NCBI GenBank assembly: GCA_963842885.1
Contig: CAWJIE010000003.1
Span: 32,001 to 96,000 of the forward strand
DNA from: an uncultured Nitrososphaerota archaeon
GTDB lineage: Archaea > Thermoproteota > Nitrososphaeria > Conexivisphaerales > DTJL01
Direction: 5' to 3'
DNA: 64,000 bases
Shown here: in pieces, positions 30,668 through 41,859 of the stretch
How positions within the stretch are numbered: position 1 is the first letter of the stretch
How the letters are laid out: every line of letters begins with the position of its first letter
Program-made: the position numbers and the translations under genes
The notes under the pieces: model-generated
Told to the model about the DNA's origin: nothing
What the model saw: only the letters and a program-made list of their open reading frames with translations
Database searches by the model: none

Positions 30668-32155
30668 TCACGCTGATGCTGGAGGCTTCACCGTACGCGC
30701 CTCCTTCCCTCTAAGGATTGACAGGACAAGGGCGACCAGGAGCACTGATATGGAGCTGGCCAAGGCGACGTGCATCCCGTCCACGAAGGCCGAAGAGAGC
30801 TGGCCCTGAATCCTTCCCAGACCGAGGAAGATTTCGAAGGCCATCTGACGCGGTATCGACAGGGATGCGATCAGCAGGGCGACTGCGAAGCTGCAGACCA
30901 TGCCTATGTTGGAGAACGTTCGGAGCAGGCCGGAAACTACGCCGTACGCACGACTTGGCGCGCTCGACATGACGGCGCTGTTGTTGGCGGGGAAGAACGA
31001 GCTGCTGCCGGCTCCGTTTAGGACGGCGCCGACTATGACGACATAGGTCGAGGTTGTCAAGCCGAGTGTCGAGTAGACCAGGAAGCCGCAGATCTGCAGA
31101 GCGAGCCCGATCGATGCGATGACGCGGGCGCCCATGCTGTCGGACAGCCTGCCGGAGAACGGCGCGATAGCCCCGCCAAGTATGTAGCCCGGTATGAGCA
31201 ACAAGGAAGCGTCCCAAGGGGTCATATCGCGCGGTCCCTGCAGATACATGATCACAAGAAACAGCACGGCGAAACTGGCCAGGGACTGGAGGAAAGCCGC
31301 AAAGATAGATGCGGTCAGAACTCTCTCTTTCAGCAGGGAGAGGTCGAGCAGTGGAGAAGAGTATCGTCTCTCGAATGCGACGAAGGCCGGCAGAAGCAAA
31401 AGGCCTGCCGCAACTTCGGCGACGTACTCGGGAGCGAGACCCGACCCCGTGACATTGGTCATCCCGAAAAGCAGGAAGAAGAGCGAAGTGCCAAGAATGA
31501 CTTGCCCGCCGATGTCGAGCTTGGCCTTGATCTTCGGAGAGCGCTCCTTCAGCATCATGAAACCGACCACGGTTGCAATGATCCCGATGGGGAGGTTGAT
31601 GAAGAAGATGTAACGCCAGCTCAGGAAGGTGACGAAGGCGCCGCCGACAAGGATCCCCAGTATCGCGCCAAGCGACCAGCCCGTCCCGGTGATCCCGTAC
31701 GCCCTCCCTCTTTCCCTCTCCGGAAACGTATCTGCGATTATCGCCCCGCTGTTAGAGGAGATCAAGGCACCGCCCAGCCCCTGCACCGCTCGGAAGCCGA
31801 TGAGCTCGGGCCCGCTGGCCGAGAGGCCGCACAGCAGCGAGCCGAAGGTGAACAAGGCGAAGCCGAAGTTGTACATCCTGACCCTCCCGAACATGTCGCC
31901 CAGCTTCCCCACCTGGGTTCCGAGTATCGTAATCACGAAGAGATATGCCATAATTACCCATATCATGCTGACCAGGTCAGAGCGAAGGTCCTGCATCATG
32001 ACGGGCAGGCCGAGGACAACCGCCGAGGTATCGATGCCACTCATCGTAACCCCTAGCATGACGACCGTGATTGCTATGTTGCGATAGCGCCGGTCCGGGG
32101 CTGACGGGGTTTGGGTTGACCAGTTTGCCGCCGGGTTGGTTGATGACTCGTCCAA
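30668..32155 (-). CDS. MFS transporter, DHA2 (EmrB/QacA-like, 14 TM)
   Basis: GKLGDMFGRVR, FRAVQGLGGA, ERGRAYG, WRYIFFINLPIG, GRLSDSMGAR. Confidence 0.93.
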   Translation of the reverse strand: MDESSTNPAANWSTQTPSAPDRRYRNIAITVVMLGVTMSGIDTSAVVLGLPVMMQDLRSDLVSMIWVIMAYLFVITILGTQVGKLGDMFGRVRMYNFGFALFTFGSLLCGLSASGPELIGFRAVQGLGGALISSNSGAIIADTFPERERGRAYGITGTGWSLGAILGILVGGAFVTFLSWRYIFFINLPIGIIATVVGFMMLKERSPKIKAKLDIGGQVILGTSLFFLLFGMTNVTGSGLAPEYVAEVAAGLLLLPAFVAFERRYSSPLLDLSLLKERVLTASIFAAFLQSLASFAVLFLVIMYLQGPRDMTPWDASLLLIPGYILGGAIAPFSGRLSDSMGARVIASIGLALQICGFLVYSTLGLTTSTYVVIVGAVLNGAGSSSFFPANNSAVMSSAPSRAYGVVSGLLRTFSNIGMVCSFAVALLIASLSIPRQMAFEIFLGLGRIQGQLSSAFVDGMHVALASSISVLLVALVLSILRGKEARTVKPPASA

Positions 32156-32167
32156 GGTGGGACCGCC

Positions 32168-32469
32168 TATGACGAGGGGTCTGTCTTGGTTGTCTTCTTC
32201 AAGACATAATCGAAGAACTTCTATGTCGTTCCGTTGTCAGAGGCCCATTCCGCGCGCAACCTTGTCTTCTTCTCCGCTCTTCTCAACGCGGAAAGGAGAG
32301 AGCGGTTCAACTTCCTTGCGCTTTCGCCCTCCATCTCCGCCTCGATGACGAGCTCGCCTCCCGCCTCTTTGACGGAGCCTGTAATGATGGCTTGCTCCAG
32401 GACAGGCTTGATGACCTTCGGATTCAAACTGCTCACTCGTGCCACGACTCTAAAATGACTGCTCACCAT
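32168..32469 (-). CDS. Hypothetical protein; TAG at 32221-32223 may be premature
   Basis: 82-aa ORF ...LRAEWASDNGTT* continues in frame as KFFDYVLKKTTKTDPSS*. Confidence 0.6.
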
Positions 32470-32655
32470 CTGCGGTTCGAAGTCAAGGCAGCAGAACGCC
32501 TAGAAAAGCGTTTCTTCTTACGGAGCAGCCAGCCGTAATTTGAATCGCATGGGACCAATCCCATGCGAGGGCAGGTCCCGGCTTTGGTCACTAGGGTGGA
32601 ATGGTTCCTCGAATCTGGGCAGTCTGCCCACGTTTATTAGAGGCCTTGAGTCGCC

Positions 32656-33915
32656 ATGCCCACATTGGGCTCTGCTAGCTCCAGGAGCTACTTGCGTGAC
32701 TTTGTGGCCTACTTTGGCCCGGCTCTGATAGTGAGCGTCGCCTACATGGACCCTGGGAACTATGGGACGGACATCAGCGGCGGCTCGTCCTTCGGCTACA
32801 GCATGCTGTGGGTCGTCTGGCTCGCCGGGATCATGGCCATGCTGCTCCAGTACCTTTCGGGGAAGCTGGGGATAGCCACGGGCCTCTCCCTGCCGGAGCT
32901 GATGCGCATCCGCCTGAAGAAACGCTCCTACATCTTGGCCTACTGGCTGGCAGCTGAAGCCGCTACGCTGATGACGGACCTGGCCGAGTTCCTAGGCACC
33001 GTCATCGCGCTCTATCTGCTCTTCGGGATACCGCTCCTGTACGGCACGTTCCTGTCGGTCCTGGACGTCTTCCTCATCTTCGGCGTGACCGGAGGCAACG
33101 TGAGGAAGCTGGAGTACGTCTTCATGGTGCTCATCTCCACCATCGGCATCGGATACGTCTTCGAGATCTTCATCACCGCCCCGCCCCTGATTCCGGTGGT
33201 GCTGGGATCCGTGATCCCCAACCTGGGCTCCTCAGGCAGGATGCTGATCGCCGTCGGCGTCGTAGGGGCGACCGTCATGCCTCACGCCATCTTCGTGCAT
33301 TCAGCGCTGGCCAACGACAAGGTCACCACGCCTGACGTCGAAACCAAACGCCGGGTGCTTGGCCTCCACAGGGTGGAGAGCCTGGTCATGTTCACGTTCG
33401 CGGGGCTCGTCAACGCGGCCATCATGGTAATGGCGGCGGCAGCCTTCGGCCAGCACCATCTGGCCGTGGCTACGATTCAGGACGCGTACCTGACCCTAAT
33501 GCCGCTCTTCGGAGGAGCCGCAGCGACGGCGTTCGCGGTGACTCTGCTGGCATCAGGGCTCTCGTCTTCGACGACGGCGACGATTGCCGGCCAGGCCATA
33601 ATGGAGGGGCTCCTAGGTCGGCGGACGAACCTCTGGGTCCGGAGGATCGTCACACGTGTTATCAATATGGTGCCGGTCACGATAGCGATCCTTGCGGGGA
33701 TAGCGCCTCTCAACATTCTGGTCTACAGCCAAGTGGCCCTCAGCATGCTCCTCCCTCTCCCTCTCCTGCCACTCTGGATACTCACGAAGGACCGGAAGTT
33801 GATGGGTAGCTTCGTCAACAGGAGGATCACCTCCGCGATCTCGGGGATCTTCATCGTGGTCATAGTGGCGCTCAATGCTCTGCTCCTCTACCTGAGCTTC
33901 GGTGGAAGCATCTAG
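32656..33915 (+). CDS. mntH: Nramp family divalent metal transporter
   Basis: AYMDPGNYGTD, TDLAEFLG, GATVMPHAIFVHS, SGLSSSTTATIAGQAIMEG. Confidence 0.95.
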   Translation: MPTLGSASSRSYLRDFVAYFGPALIVSVAYMDPGNYGTDISGGSSFGYSMLWVVWLAGIMAMLLQYLSGKLGIATGLSLPELMRIRLKKRSYILAYWLAAEAATLMTDLAEFLGTVIALYLLFGIPLLYGTFLSVLDVFLIFGVTGGNVRKLEYVFMVLISTIGIGYVFEIFITAPPLIPVVLGSVIPNLGSSGRMLIAVGVVGATVMPHAIFVHSALANDKVTTPDVETKRRVLGLHRVESLVMFTFAGLVNAAIMVMAAAAFGQHHLAVATIQDAYLTLMPLFGGAAATAFAVTLLASGLSSSTTATIAGQAIMEGLLGRRTNLWVRRIVTRVINMVPVTIAILAGIAPLNILVYSQVALSMLLPLPLLPLWILTKDRKLMGSFVNRRITSAISGIFIVVIVALNALLLYLSFGGSI

Positions 33916-34108
33916 AGCAAGTGGCATGCTCGTGAGCCCACTGGCCTTCCTAGGGGCAACAGGATCAGGCGAAGATAGGTCAGAAGGAACAGACCATACC
34001 GGACCAGCAGGCGCCGGTCGGTCTGAACGCCTTGCCCGGCTTTGACGGCCCCGGCGCCGGGGGGCCCCAAATCGGAGGCAGTCAGACCGCGCCGACCCTC
34101 GCGTCTGA

Positions 34109-34753
34109 TTACGCTCGGTTTGCGATCCTATGCACGGCAAGGGCGAAGACAATGAAGAGTGGAACGAGTGTAAGGTCGCTCAGGACCACAAATGCCTCGC
34201 CGAACCAGAACACGGCGAAAGACAGGAGCAGGGCAGAGACGACTACCTTCATGTTCGCCTGCTTCACCTTCCTAACTTGATTCCTCAGAAGATACGTCGC
34301 GACTACGACCACGGCGATTCCGGTGCCCATACCAACGACTGTCGATTGGAAGCTGCTGGGGAGCAGTGCCACGAGAACGATGGCTGCCTCGAAAGCTTCG
34401 ACCGCTCCGACTGAGAACCCCGTGGTCATCACGCCCTTTTCGAAGTGTTCTGGCGAGGAACTTCCCTTCCGGCTCCGGATGACTGACCGACGGGCGCTAC
34501 TGACTAATCGAAGGCCGAAGTAGAGGAGCAGCACGCCACCCACGAGCCTTACGTACACCTCGGGGAGAAGGGTGATGAGTGCCCCGAGCACGAACATGGG
34601 GACGAATACCGCCACGACTCCCAAGGCGACGTAGAGGAAGGCCGAGGTGCGCTTCGAGTCTACGTAGAGCGCGAGTCCTACCGCCGCGGCCTCCACCAGC
34701 TCCAGTGTAGTTATCCCGAGGGCAGCGAGAAATACTGCCACATCAAACGGCAA
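34109..34753 (-). CDS. COG4280-like membrane protein (putative cation transporter)
   Basis: Duplicated E-x-x-E-A motifs (LELVEAAAV, AVEAFEAAIV), GVLLLYFGLRL, FAVFWFGE. Confidence 0.7.
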   Translation of the reverse strand: MPFDVAVFLAALGITTLELVEAAAVGLALYVDSKRTSAFLYVALGVVAVFVPMFVLGALITLLPEVYVRLVGGVLLLYFGLRLVSSARRSVIRSRKGSSSPEHFEKGVMTTGFSVGAVEAFEAAIVLVALLPSSFQSTVVGMGTGIAVVVVATYLLRNQVRKVKQANMKVVVSALLLSFAVFWFGEAFVVLSDLTLVPLFIVFALAVHRIANRA

Positions 34754-34886
34754 ACTGACTGTAGTCCTCAGAGCTGCATGCTAAAACCGTTATGGCCGGG
34801 TGTCGTACAGTTATCGACTTAGATCAGGGATAGAAGCAAGCTGAAGCCGAGAAAGACAAGCAGCCAGAACAAGAAGTTGGCGACCA

Positions 34887-35230
34887 TTGGAGGAGTAGAG
34901 TCCTACATGCTCGTCCGCTGACGCTCTTCTTCGCATCCGCATTGGCCTCCGTCGCAATGACCGCAGGCGTCTACTTGGCGAGGCTGGAAGGCTACAACTT
35001 CTTGTCCCTACCAATCATGACTGCAGGTGTAGTCGCAATCATACTCTCCGCACAGGGATTCGGCCTCATACTGCCCGACGAGGCGCGCATCTTCCCAGAA
35101 CTCAGGAAGGAGCATCCGGGCGTCCAGAAGGTGGTGAAGCTCGGGATGGGGAGCATCTACCTCTCCGGGAGCCAGGGCGTGTTCCACACAGCCTTGATCG
35201 TGGTGGTGGCTTACCCGCCATTGAGTGAGC
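34887..35230 (+). pseudogene. Fragment of a membrane protein (C-terminal part, frameshifted)
   Basis: Hydrophobic frame PLTLFFASALASVAMTAG...QGFGLILPDEARIFPELRKEHP...SGSQGVFH with no clean start or end. Confidence 0.4.
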
Positions 35231-35314
35231 GGTCGGTCATGACCAGCTTGGCCAGTCGCCAACATGATCGAACGAGCCAAGTGAGCTCCGTCGAAATGGC
35301 CCTCCTCGGGCGGG

Positions 35315-36361
35315 GTGATGCAAAGGCTAAAGATGCCGATGTCGCTCCACACGTGGGGGCTTGATGTTGGAATGATACCTCCATCACGGATGGCTGGTTT
35401 GGTGAAGTATGTCGACAGCGTGAATTCGGAGCTCTCTCATCTCCCGTTCGGTGAGTCGACCCTAGCGGGGGCCGTCAGCGATTCTCTCTCCAACGGCGGG
35501 AAGAGGGTCAGAGCCGTACTCGCCCTGCTTTGGTGCGAAGTCTTCTCCGGCAGTTACGAGCCAGCCATCCCAATGGCGGTTGCCTACGAACTCGCGCACT
35601 CAGCTGCCCTCGTGGAGGACGACGTAATCGACCAATCCGATACAAGAAGGGGGAATGAATCCATCGTGCACAAGTACGGGCTGTCGCACGCCATCCTCGC
35701 CTCGAACATGTTACTCTTCAACGTGCCCAAGATGGTCTCGAGGTACAGGGACATGGACAGCGAGAGGCTCTGCAGGCTCTTCGACCTCGTTGGGGAGTGT
35801 TGCAGGGCAACAACCATGGGTGAGTTCCTCGACTTTCAGATGGCCCAGAGGGAGGACGTCAGCGAAGAGGAGTACGAAGACATGATTAGGCTCAAGACGG
35901 CCGCGCTTCTTGCTGCCCCTTCAGCCAGCGGAGCGATAGTGGGAGGCGCCTCTGATGGGGAGGTCGATACAGCCTACAGATTCGGAGAGCGGCTGGGCAT
36001 GGCCTATCAGATACGTGACGACCTTCTTGACATCATAGGGGATCAAGAGGTGCTTGGCAAGCCTGTCTTCACAGACGTGAAGAGCGGGAAGAAGAGCATA
36101 GTGCTCATCCATGCCCTATCGAAGTGCTCTGATGGGGAGAAGAGCTACATCGAGAGCCTCTTCAACAAGAAGCGTATCAGCGAGGATGAGATCAAGAGGG
36201 TGAAGAGAATAGTCTTCAAGTATGGCTCAGCGGATTACTGCGAGAAGAAAGCTGCCCGCTGCGTAGAATCTGCAAGAAAGCTGCTCGAGCCCATCAGGCC
36301 GTGCGAAGCGAGGACAGCCCTCCTCGGTCTCTGTGATTTCATTTCTGAGAGATACTACTAG
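35315..36361 (+). CDS. Polyprenyl diphosphate synthase (GGPP synthase/IdsA family)
   Basis: GGKRVRA, first Asp-rich EDDVIDQSDTRRG, RLKTAALL, second QIRDDLLD, GKPVFTD. Start probably 35372-35389. Confidence 0.92.
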   Translation: MMQRLKMPMSLHTWGLDVGMIPPSRMAGLVKYVDSVNSELSHLPFGESTLAGAVSDSLSNGGKRVRAVLALLWCEVFSGSYEPAIPMAVAYELAHSAALVEDDVIDQSDTRRGNESIVHKYGLSHAILASNMLLFNVPKMVSRYRDMDSERLCRLFDLVGECCRATTMGEFLDFQMAQREDVSEEEYEDMIRLKTAALLAAPSASGAIVGGASDGEVDTAYRFGERLGMAYQIRDDLLDIIGDQEVLGKPVFTDVKSGKKSIVLIHALSKCSDGEKSYIESLFNKKRISEDEIKRVKRIVFKYGSADYCEKKAARCVESARKLLEPIRPCEARTALLGLCDFISERYY

Positions 36362-36743
36362 AATAGGATGCCAGCGGATGCTGGCTGTCCTGCCAGATGC
36401 CCGATTGACTGCGACTTGTTCTGCACGCTCAAACCACGGGAGCTCATTGTAGCCGCCACCCCTACGAGGCCCTGGCTGACAAAGAGGACGGGAAGGCCCA
36501 CGGCGAGGCTTAGGTCAAGCAGATCAAGGAGGTGCACTGTGTCACCCCAGTCCAGATGGTCGAGCTAGTGAGGGTTAGGAATCGCCTCTCCGTCACTTGA
36601 TTCTCTTTTCACCCTCTGAGGCCCGACCTGACGGGACCCTCGGAAGAACGGCTGTGGGCCTCCGTGGCTTTCTCCTTGCCTCCCAGTCAGAGGCTCCCCC
36701 GCTTCGAAATGTTTTAACCACCCACGTAGAAACACAAGCCTAG

Positions 36744-38138
36744 ATGACCGATAAGCCAGCCACCATGGAGAGATTCGGAATCGAACACATCCCCGAGGAC
36801 CAGAGGCATGGCTCGACGGGGAGGGTGTTCACGCTTTGGTTCGCCGCGAACCTCACCATCGCCGATTACGTCATAGGTGTCCTCTGCGTGCTGGCGTTCC
36901 ACCTGACGTTGCTCCAAAGCATTCCGATTCTCGCTGCGGGAAACGTCCTCGGCGGCCTGGCGCTGGGACTCTCTGCGGCGATGGGCCCCAGACTGGGCTT
37001 TCCTCAGATGTTCTCCTCCAGGGCCGTTTTCGGTCGACGTGGGAACTACGTCCTTGGGATGGCGAACTGGATAAGCACCGCCGGCTGGTTTACGGTCAAT
37101 ACCATTCTGGGCGCGGAGGCCGTCGAGGCGGTCGCTCCTGGGCTCAGTTTCGTCGGGATCTCCATGCTGCTGGTCGCGCTGCAGGTCGTCATAGCCATCT
37201 TCGGGCATGATCTCATTCATTCCTTTGAGAAGGTGATGTCGGTGGTGCTGGGCGTCCTTTTCTTCGGGGTCTTCGTGATCTCCATCCCGCGTTTGGGTGA
37301 CGCGCTCGCCTTCATTCCCGCGGGCGCGTCCGACATCCCCTCCATCGGCTCAATCGGAATAGTCCTCGCCGTCTCCTTTTCATACATCATGAGCTGGGCG
37401 CCATATGCCTCCGATTACTCGAGGTATCTCCCGGCTACCATATCGGTCAGGAAGGTGGCTGCATTCGCCCTCGCCGGTGGCGCGTTGGCATCGTTCGCGA
37501 TAGAGATGATTGGCGGCATAGTTGGCAGCCTGACTCAGAGCTTTGACTACTTCGGGGCGCTGAAGTCCTTCGCGGGCACCTTCGGCACGGCGGCGGTGGT
37601 CGCCATAATACTTGGAGCAATGGCGGCGAACGCACTCAACATATACACTAACTCGCTTTCGGCACTCGTGCTTGATGTAAGGGTCAAGCGATGGGTTACT
37701 GTCATCGCTGGCGGGTTGGTTGGCCTTGCCCTCGCCATAGTCGGGGGCGCGAACTTCGAGTCCTTCTTCGAGAACTTCCTCCTGATTCTGGACTACTGGA
37801 TAACGCCTTGGCTCGCGATAATCTTGGTGGATTTCTTCGTCCTGAGAAGGACCACGGTCGAAAGCTGCCTACACGCCCGAAACTGGGAGGTGGGCGTCCT
37901 CTCCATCTATGGGCTCTCCATCCTGTGCTCGGTGCCATTCATGGTTCCGCCCACAACCGTCGGCTGGCCAGTCGGCTCGCTGGCCGGCTGGTTCGGCGGT
38001 GCCGACTTCAGCTACTATGTCTCGTTTTTTGTAGCAGGCCTCCTGTACTTCCTGTACCGAGAAAGGGCAGCCAGAAGTCAGCCCTTCGCTCACGAGAGCC
38101 TCACCTTCCCGCGAACACAGGCTTCCTCTTCTCGATGA
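36744..38138 (+). CDS. Purine-cytosine permease (NCS1 family)
   Basis: GIEHIPEDQRHG, WFAANL, GPRLGFPQMFSSRAVFG, SWAPYASDYSRYLP. Confidence 0.92.
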   Translation: MTDKPATMERFGIEHIPEDQRHGSTGRVFTLWFAANLTIADYVIGVLCVLAFHLTLLQSIPILAAGNVLGGLALGLSAAMGPRLGFPQMFSSRAVFGRRGNYVLGMANWISTAGWFTVNTILGAEAVEAVAPGLSFVGISMLLVALQVVIAIFGHDLIHSFEKVMSVVLGVLFFGVFVISIPRLGDALAFIPAGASDIPSIGSIGIVLAVSFSYIMSWAPYASDYSRYLPATISVRKVAAFALAGGALASFAIEMIGGIVGSLTQSFDYFGALKSFAGTFGTAAVVAIILGAMAANALNIYTNSLSALVLDVRVKRWVTVIAGGLVGLALAIVGGANFESFFENFLLILDYWITPWLAIILVDFFVLRRTTVESCLHARNWEVGVLSIYGLSILCSVPFMVPPTTVGWPVGSLAGWFGGADFSYYVSFFVAGLLYFLYRERAARSQPFAHESLTFPRTQASSSR

Positions 38139-38892
38139 AGGCTCTCATGCCCTCCGTCCTGTCCTCTGTGTCGAAGCATCTGGCGTAGAGCTCGACCTCC
38201 TTCTTCCCCACATCTCCCTCGAGCAGAGAGAACGTCGAGTTGACCAGGAGCTTGTTGTAACCCGTTGCGATGGGAGCAAGCCGGAGGACCTTCGCGGCGA
38301 CGGACTTGGCTTCGTCGAGGAGACGATCGGGTTTCACTACCCTGTTGGCCATCCCTATCTGGTGGGCTTCTTCGGCTGAGATGGCGTCCGCGGTCATGAA
38401 GAGGTACTTGGCCCTAAGCGGCCCGACGACATTGGGGAGGCGGCTGGTCCCCCCGAACGGCGTGATTATCCCCATCCTGGCCGAGGGGTCGCCGAACGAG
38501 GCCTTCTCGGACGCTATTACGATGTCACAGGAGATGGCGAGGTCGCTCCCAGCCCCTAGGGCGGCGCCGTTTACAGCTGCGATAATGGGCTTCGGCACGC
38601 CCTCCATCTTCCTTAGGACCTGGTGTGCCTCCTCTGCGAACTCCGCCGCCTCTCTGCTCGTCATCTTCGCCATCGCCTTTACGTCCCCCCCTGCGCAGAA
38701 GGCGGTCCCGGACCCGGTTATGATGAGAGCGCGGTCAAGATCTCTCTCCCCAAACTCGCTCAAGACCTGCCCTAACTCGGCCAGCGTCTGCCTGCGAAGG
38801 GCGTTCAGGACCGCCGGCCTGTTCAGCGTCACGACTACCAGACCTCCCTCCCTTCCGACAAGGAGGTCTTCGAAACTCATGGCCATGCCCAC
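38101..38892 (-). CDS. Enoyl-CoA hydratase/isomerase (crotonase) family
   Basis: LNRPAVLNAL, AFCAGGD, KPIIAAVNGAALGAG, EGMRAFIEKRKPVF. Confidence 0.93.
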   Translation of the reverse strand: MGMAMSFEDLLVGREGGLVVVTLNRPAVLNALRRQTLAELGQVLSEFGERDLDRALIITGSGTAFCAGGDVKAMAKMTSREAAEFAEEAHQVLRKMEGVPKPIIAAVNGAALGAGSDLAISCDIVIASEKASFGDPSARMGIITPFGGTSRLPNVVGPLRAKYLFMTADAISAEEAHQIGMANRVVKPDRLLDEAKSVAAKVLRLAPIATGYNKLLVNSTFSLLEGDVGKKEVELYARCFDTEDRTEGMRAFIEKRKPVFAGR

Positions 38893-39210
38893 AACGGCAC
38901 GAATGCCCCGCCCTTATGTGCCTTCCCCGCTTTCAACAAGCGGTCGACGAGCGAGCACTTGGTGTCAGGACCGAATTTCTCCTCTTGATAAGACTTGGCA
39001 GCAGAGAGAACTGGAACTTGGGCATGACGCTCCCGAGAGCCGCTGCCACCATGCCTCGCCTCAATCCACCTGTTTCTTCTGGGATGGAATGCTGCGTATC
39101 CCTCGGTGGCCATTCATCCTTCTATGCAACACCTGTGCCGAATACCCTATGAGCACGAAGGCTAAGGAAGTCGAAGACCACACAGTCGTTCGTCCGCGAG
39201 CAAGGCAGAG

Positions 39211-40170
39211 TCATGCCGTCACGGGGGCAACCTCAACCTTCGTCGGGTTCTTCGAACGCATTGTGACGCTCATGTAAAGACCCAACATAATCGCGAGCAT
39301 CACCCCTCCAACTGCCGTGATGGTGAAATAGGCGGATGCCAACGGACCTGACGTCGTCACAGCATCGATCGAGATAGCCCCTCCTACTGCAGAAGGATAA
39401 ACCGAGAACTGAAGAGAGAATATTATGGCGCTAAGAACTGCGATGAAAATTGCTTTGTTCGATACAATCGATGCGGTCTTGTCCGACATGAAGAGGACTC
39501 CGGCGATCAAAGTGAGAGCGACTGGGATCAACATCCAAACAGAGACAAGCGACGGAGAATACAGGTAGAAGGAAAGAACAGAGAGGACGATGCCGGACGC
39601 GGTCACGGGCAGAACGATTTCTCTCATGGGGATCAGCGAATAGAATACAGGGCGCAACGCCGAAACCTATGACCAGCGTGCCGATCACGAAGAGGAGAGA
39701 CTCAGGCGAAGAAATCCACGCACCCAGTGAAAATGTCTCTTTGGTAAGATCAACGCCAGCGCCGCTGACCAGGGATGACAGAAGAACCAGAACAGTAAGC
39801 CCAAGGACAAGCGTCGAGACAGCATACGTCTTGTAGAGCTTCGCTTCGTCCAGCCACTCTCCTCTTGACTATGAATTCTCCGAAAGCTATGGACGTGTTC
39901 CTTGCAACAAAGAGGATCAAGAACACGATAAGCAATGGAGCGAAAATCGAAGCGACAGGGATGAGGAGGCTGGGATAGGCGAAATATCCCGTCACGACCC
40001 AGAACGCCCCAAACGTGCCAGTCACTTCCCAGATTGGGATGACGTATTCAAGAACATTGGACCTCGCCTTCCTCCAAGAATAGAAGCAGCAGGACCGAGC
40101 CCATTATCTCGGTTATGAGCAGCGAGGCAAATATCGAAAATACGGCATAATTTACCTCGAATACCAGGAT
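39211..40170 (-). CDS. cydB: Cytochrome bd oxidase subunit II (about three frameshifts)
   Basis: Directly after cydA. Stitched frames give ILVFEVNYAVFSIFASLLITEIMG...EYVIPIWEVTGTFGAFW...AYPSLL...VARN. Shifts near 40070, 39860 and 39650. Confidence 0.75.
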
Positions 40171-41562
40171 TCAATAGTTGACACCTCCGCTGACCGTAGC
40201 TTCTTCCTGCCCTTGCTCCCCTTCCTCCGAGATCGAACCGGAATTGAAGACCCGCGAGAAGAAGTAGAACGTGAGAGGTAGCAGGATAATGTAGAAGGCC
40301 ACTATCAGGATGCCCGGGATCAGCATGGAAGAACTGTAATTGGCCGCCTGTTGGACAGTCATCACGTTGTAGACTATCCAGGGCTGTCTACCGACTTCAT
40401 CCGTCACCCATCCGAGCTCATAGATGATCAGAGCAACGAACGAGAGAGGGACCCAGCTATAGAGGAAGAGTCTTGACTCGTGGGGTTTCCTTTTCAAGAA
40501 TACCCATGTGACAAAATACGATACAAAGAACAAGGCCAGTAACATTCCACCAGCGAACATGATGTCGAACGTCGCGTGCACGTATAGAGGAGGCCAGGTT
40601 GAAGACGGAAACTGTGATAGGCCCGGGAGGGCTGTGATTCTAGCTTCGAGCCGCGCAAGAAGTGCCTGCGCTTGGGGGATTACTATGCCGCCAGAGAACT
40701 GCCCATTGACTAACCCGCCAAACAACTTCTCAGGAAGGTTGGTGCCCGGCGCCGGGTTCAGCTCAAACGCTGAATACTTGAGTGGTTGTAACTGTAATAG
40801 TGTCACCATCTCGTTCGAACCTGTCAGCCCCGACAGGAGTATCATTGCTATCCCGAGCACCGCTGTGATCTTCAATCCTTTGGTGAGCATCTTCCTTTCC
40901 TCGGCGTCCCTTGACCCAATACATCGCCAGGCAAAGTAGCCTCCAACGAGCATCGCTCCTGTGAACAGCGTCGTCGGAAGCACGTGTGCCAGTTCACCGA
41001 AAGTTGAAGACGTGATGAAAGCCGCCCAAGGATTGACCCCAACAACCTTGCCACTCTGAATGAATGTGGACTGATCGAATCCACTGGGCGTGTTCATCCA
41101 GGCGTTGACCATCGTGATGAACAGGGCCGAAAATATTGCACCCGTGGCAATGAGGACCGACAAAATCCAGTGCAAATACCCTCTGCCCCTGAAATAGTCG
41201 GCGTAGTAGATGTACAGGACGAGCGCGATAGTTTCCAGGAAGAAGGCGAAGACCTCCGCATAGAGGAGAGAGATAGCTCCCGTCTCGGACACGAGCGTCA
41301 TAAATGCAGGGAATAGGGCCATCAGCTCGACGGCCATGACGATGCCGCTAGCTGTTCCAACACCGAACGATATCACGAAGACCTTTGATAGACGCCTGCA
41401 AAGAGCCTCGTAATACTTGTCCTTTCTGCGTAATGAGAGGAATTCTGCAATCGAGATCACAACAATCAGGGCTATGCTCGTTGAGACAAGTACGATGTGA
41501 AACGCGATCGTGACAACGAAGAGGAACCTGTCAAATAGCACCATCATGCTCGCGTCGATCAA
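40171..41562 (-). CDS. cydA: Cytochrome bd oxidase subunit I
   Basis: TIAFHIVLV, FGVGTASG, EVFAFFLE, NAWMNTPSG, LAHV, QPLKYSAFE, ELGWVTDEVGRQPW. Confidence 0.95.
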   Translation of the reverse strand: MIDASMMVLFDRFLFVVTIAFHIVLVSTSIALIVVISIAEFLSLRRKDKYYEALCRRLSKVFVISFGVGTASGIVMAVELMALFPAFMTLVSETGAISLLYAEVFAFFLETIALVLYIYYADYFRGRGYLHWILSVLIATGAIFSALFITMVNAWMNTPSGFDQSTFIQSGKVVGVNPWAAFITSSTFGELAHVLPTTLFTGAMLVGGYFAWRCIGSRDAEERKMLTKGLKITAVLGIAMILLSGLTGSNEMVTLLQLQPLKYSAFELNPAPGTNLPEKLFGGLVNGQFSGGIVIPQAQALLARLEARITALPGLSQFPSSTWPPLYVHATFDIMFAGGMLLALFFVSYFVTWVFLKRKPHESRLFLYSWVPLSFVALIIYELGWVTDEVGRQPWIVYNVMTVQQAANYSSSMLIPGILIVAFYIILLPLTFYFFSRVFNSGSISEEGEQGQEEATVSGGVNY

Positions 41563-41859
41563 GTGGTTTTCTCCTCTGTTGTATAGCGAAAAACGGAACC
41601 AAGATTCTTAAACTTTTCATGGCGAATCTTGTTCATGAAGCATCCATCCGATTTTCAAGGTTGAGAACAGAGCGCGGGGGTTCACGGACAAGGGTATGGA
41701 GAAAGAATAGAGGCACCATCAGGACGCGGATTGACAGAGATGTCTACCCTACGAGCTAATCAGCGTCGTCACCCGTTTGAGCGTTCCATTTCAGGCATCG
41801 ACTCGGCCGAGCGTGAGACGTCGTCATTTGAACAAGATATTTAAGCCGGGGAAGGGCGG

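Noticed and set aside
36570-36743. TPP riboswitch upstream of the NCS1 permease (ctgag...ccc..acctga)
   Set aside because: Only partial words match, the TAATGC/AGGGA core is missing, and a BRE/TATA sits about 30 nt before the ATG, implying a near-leaderless transcript.
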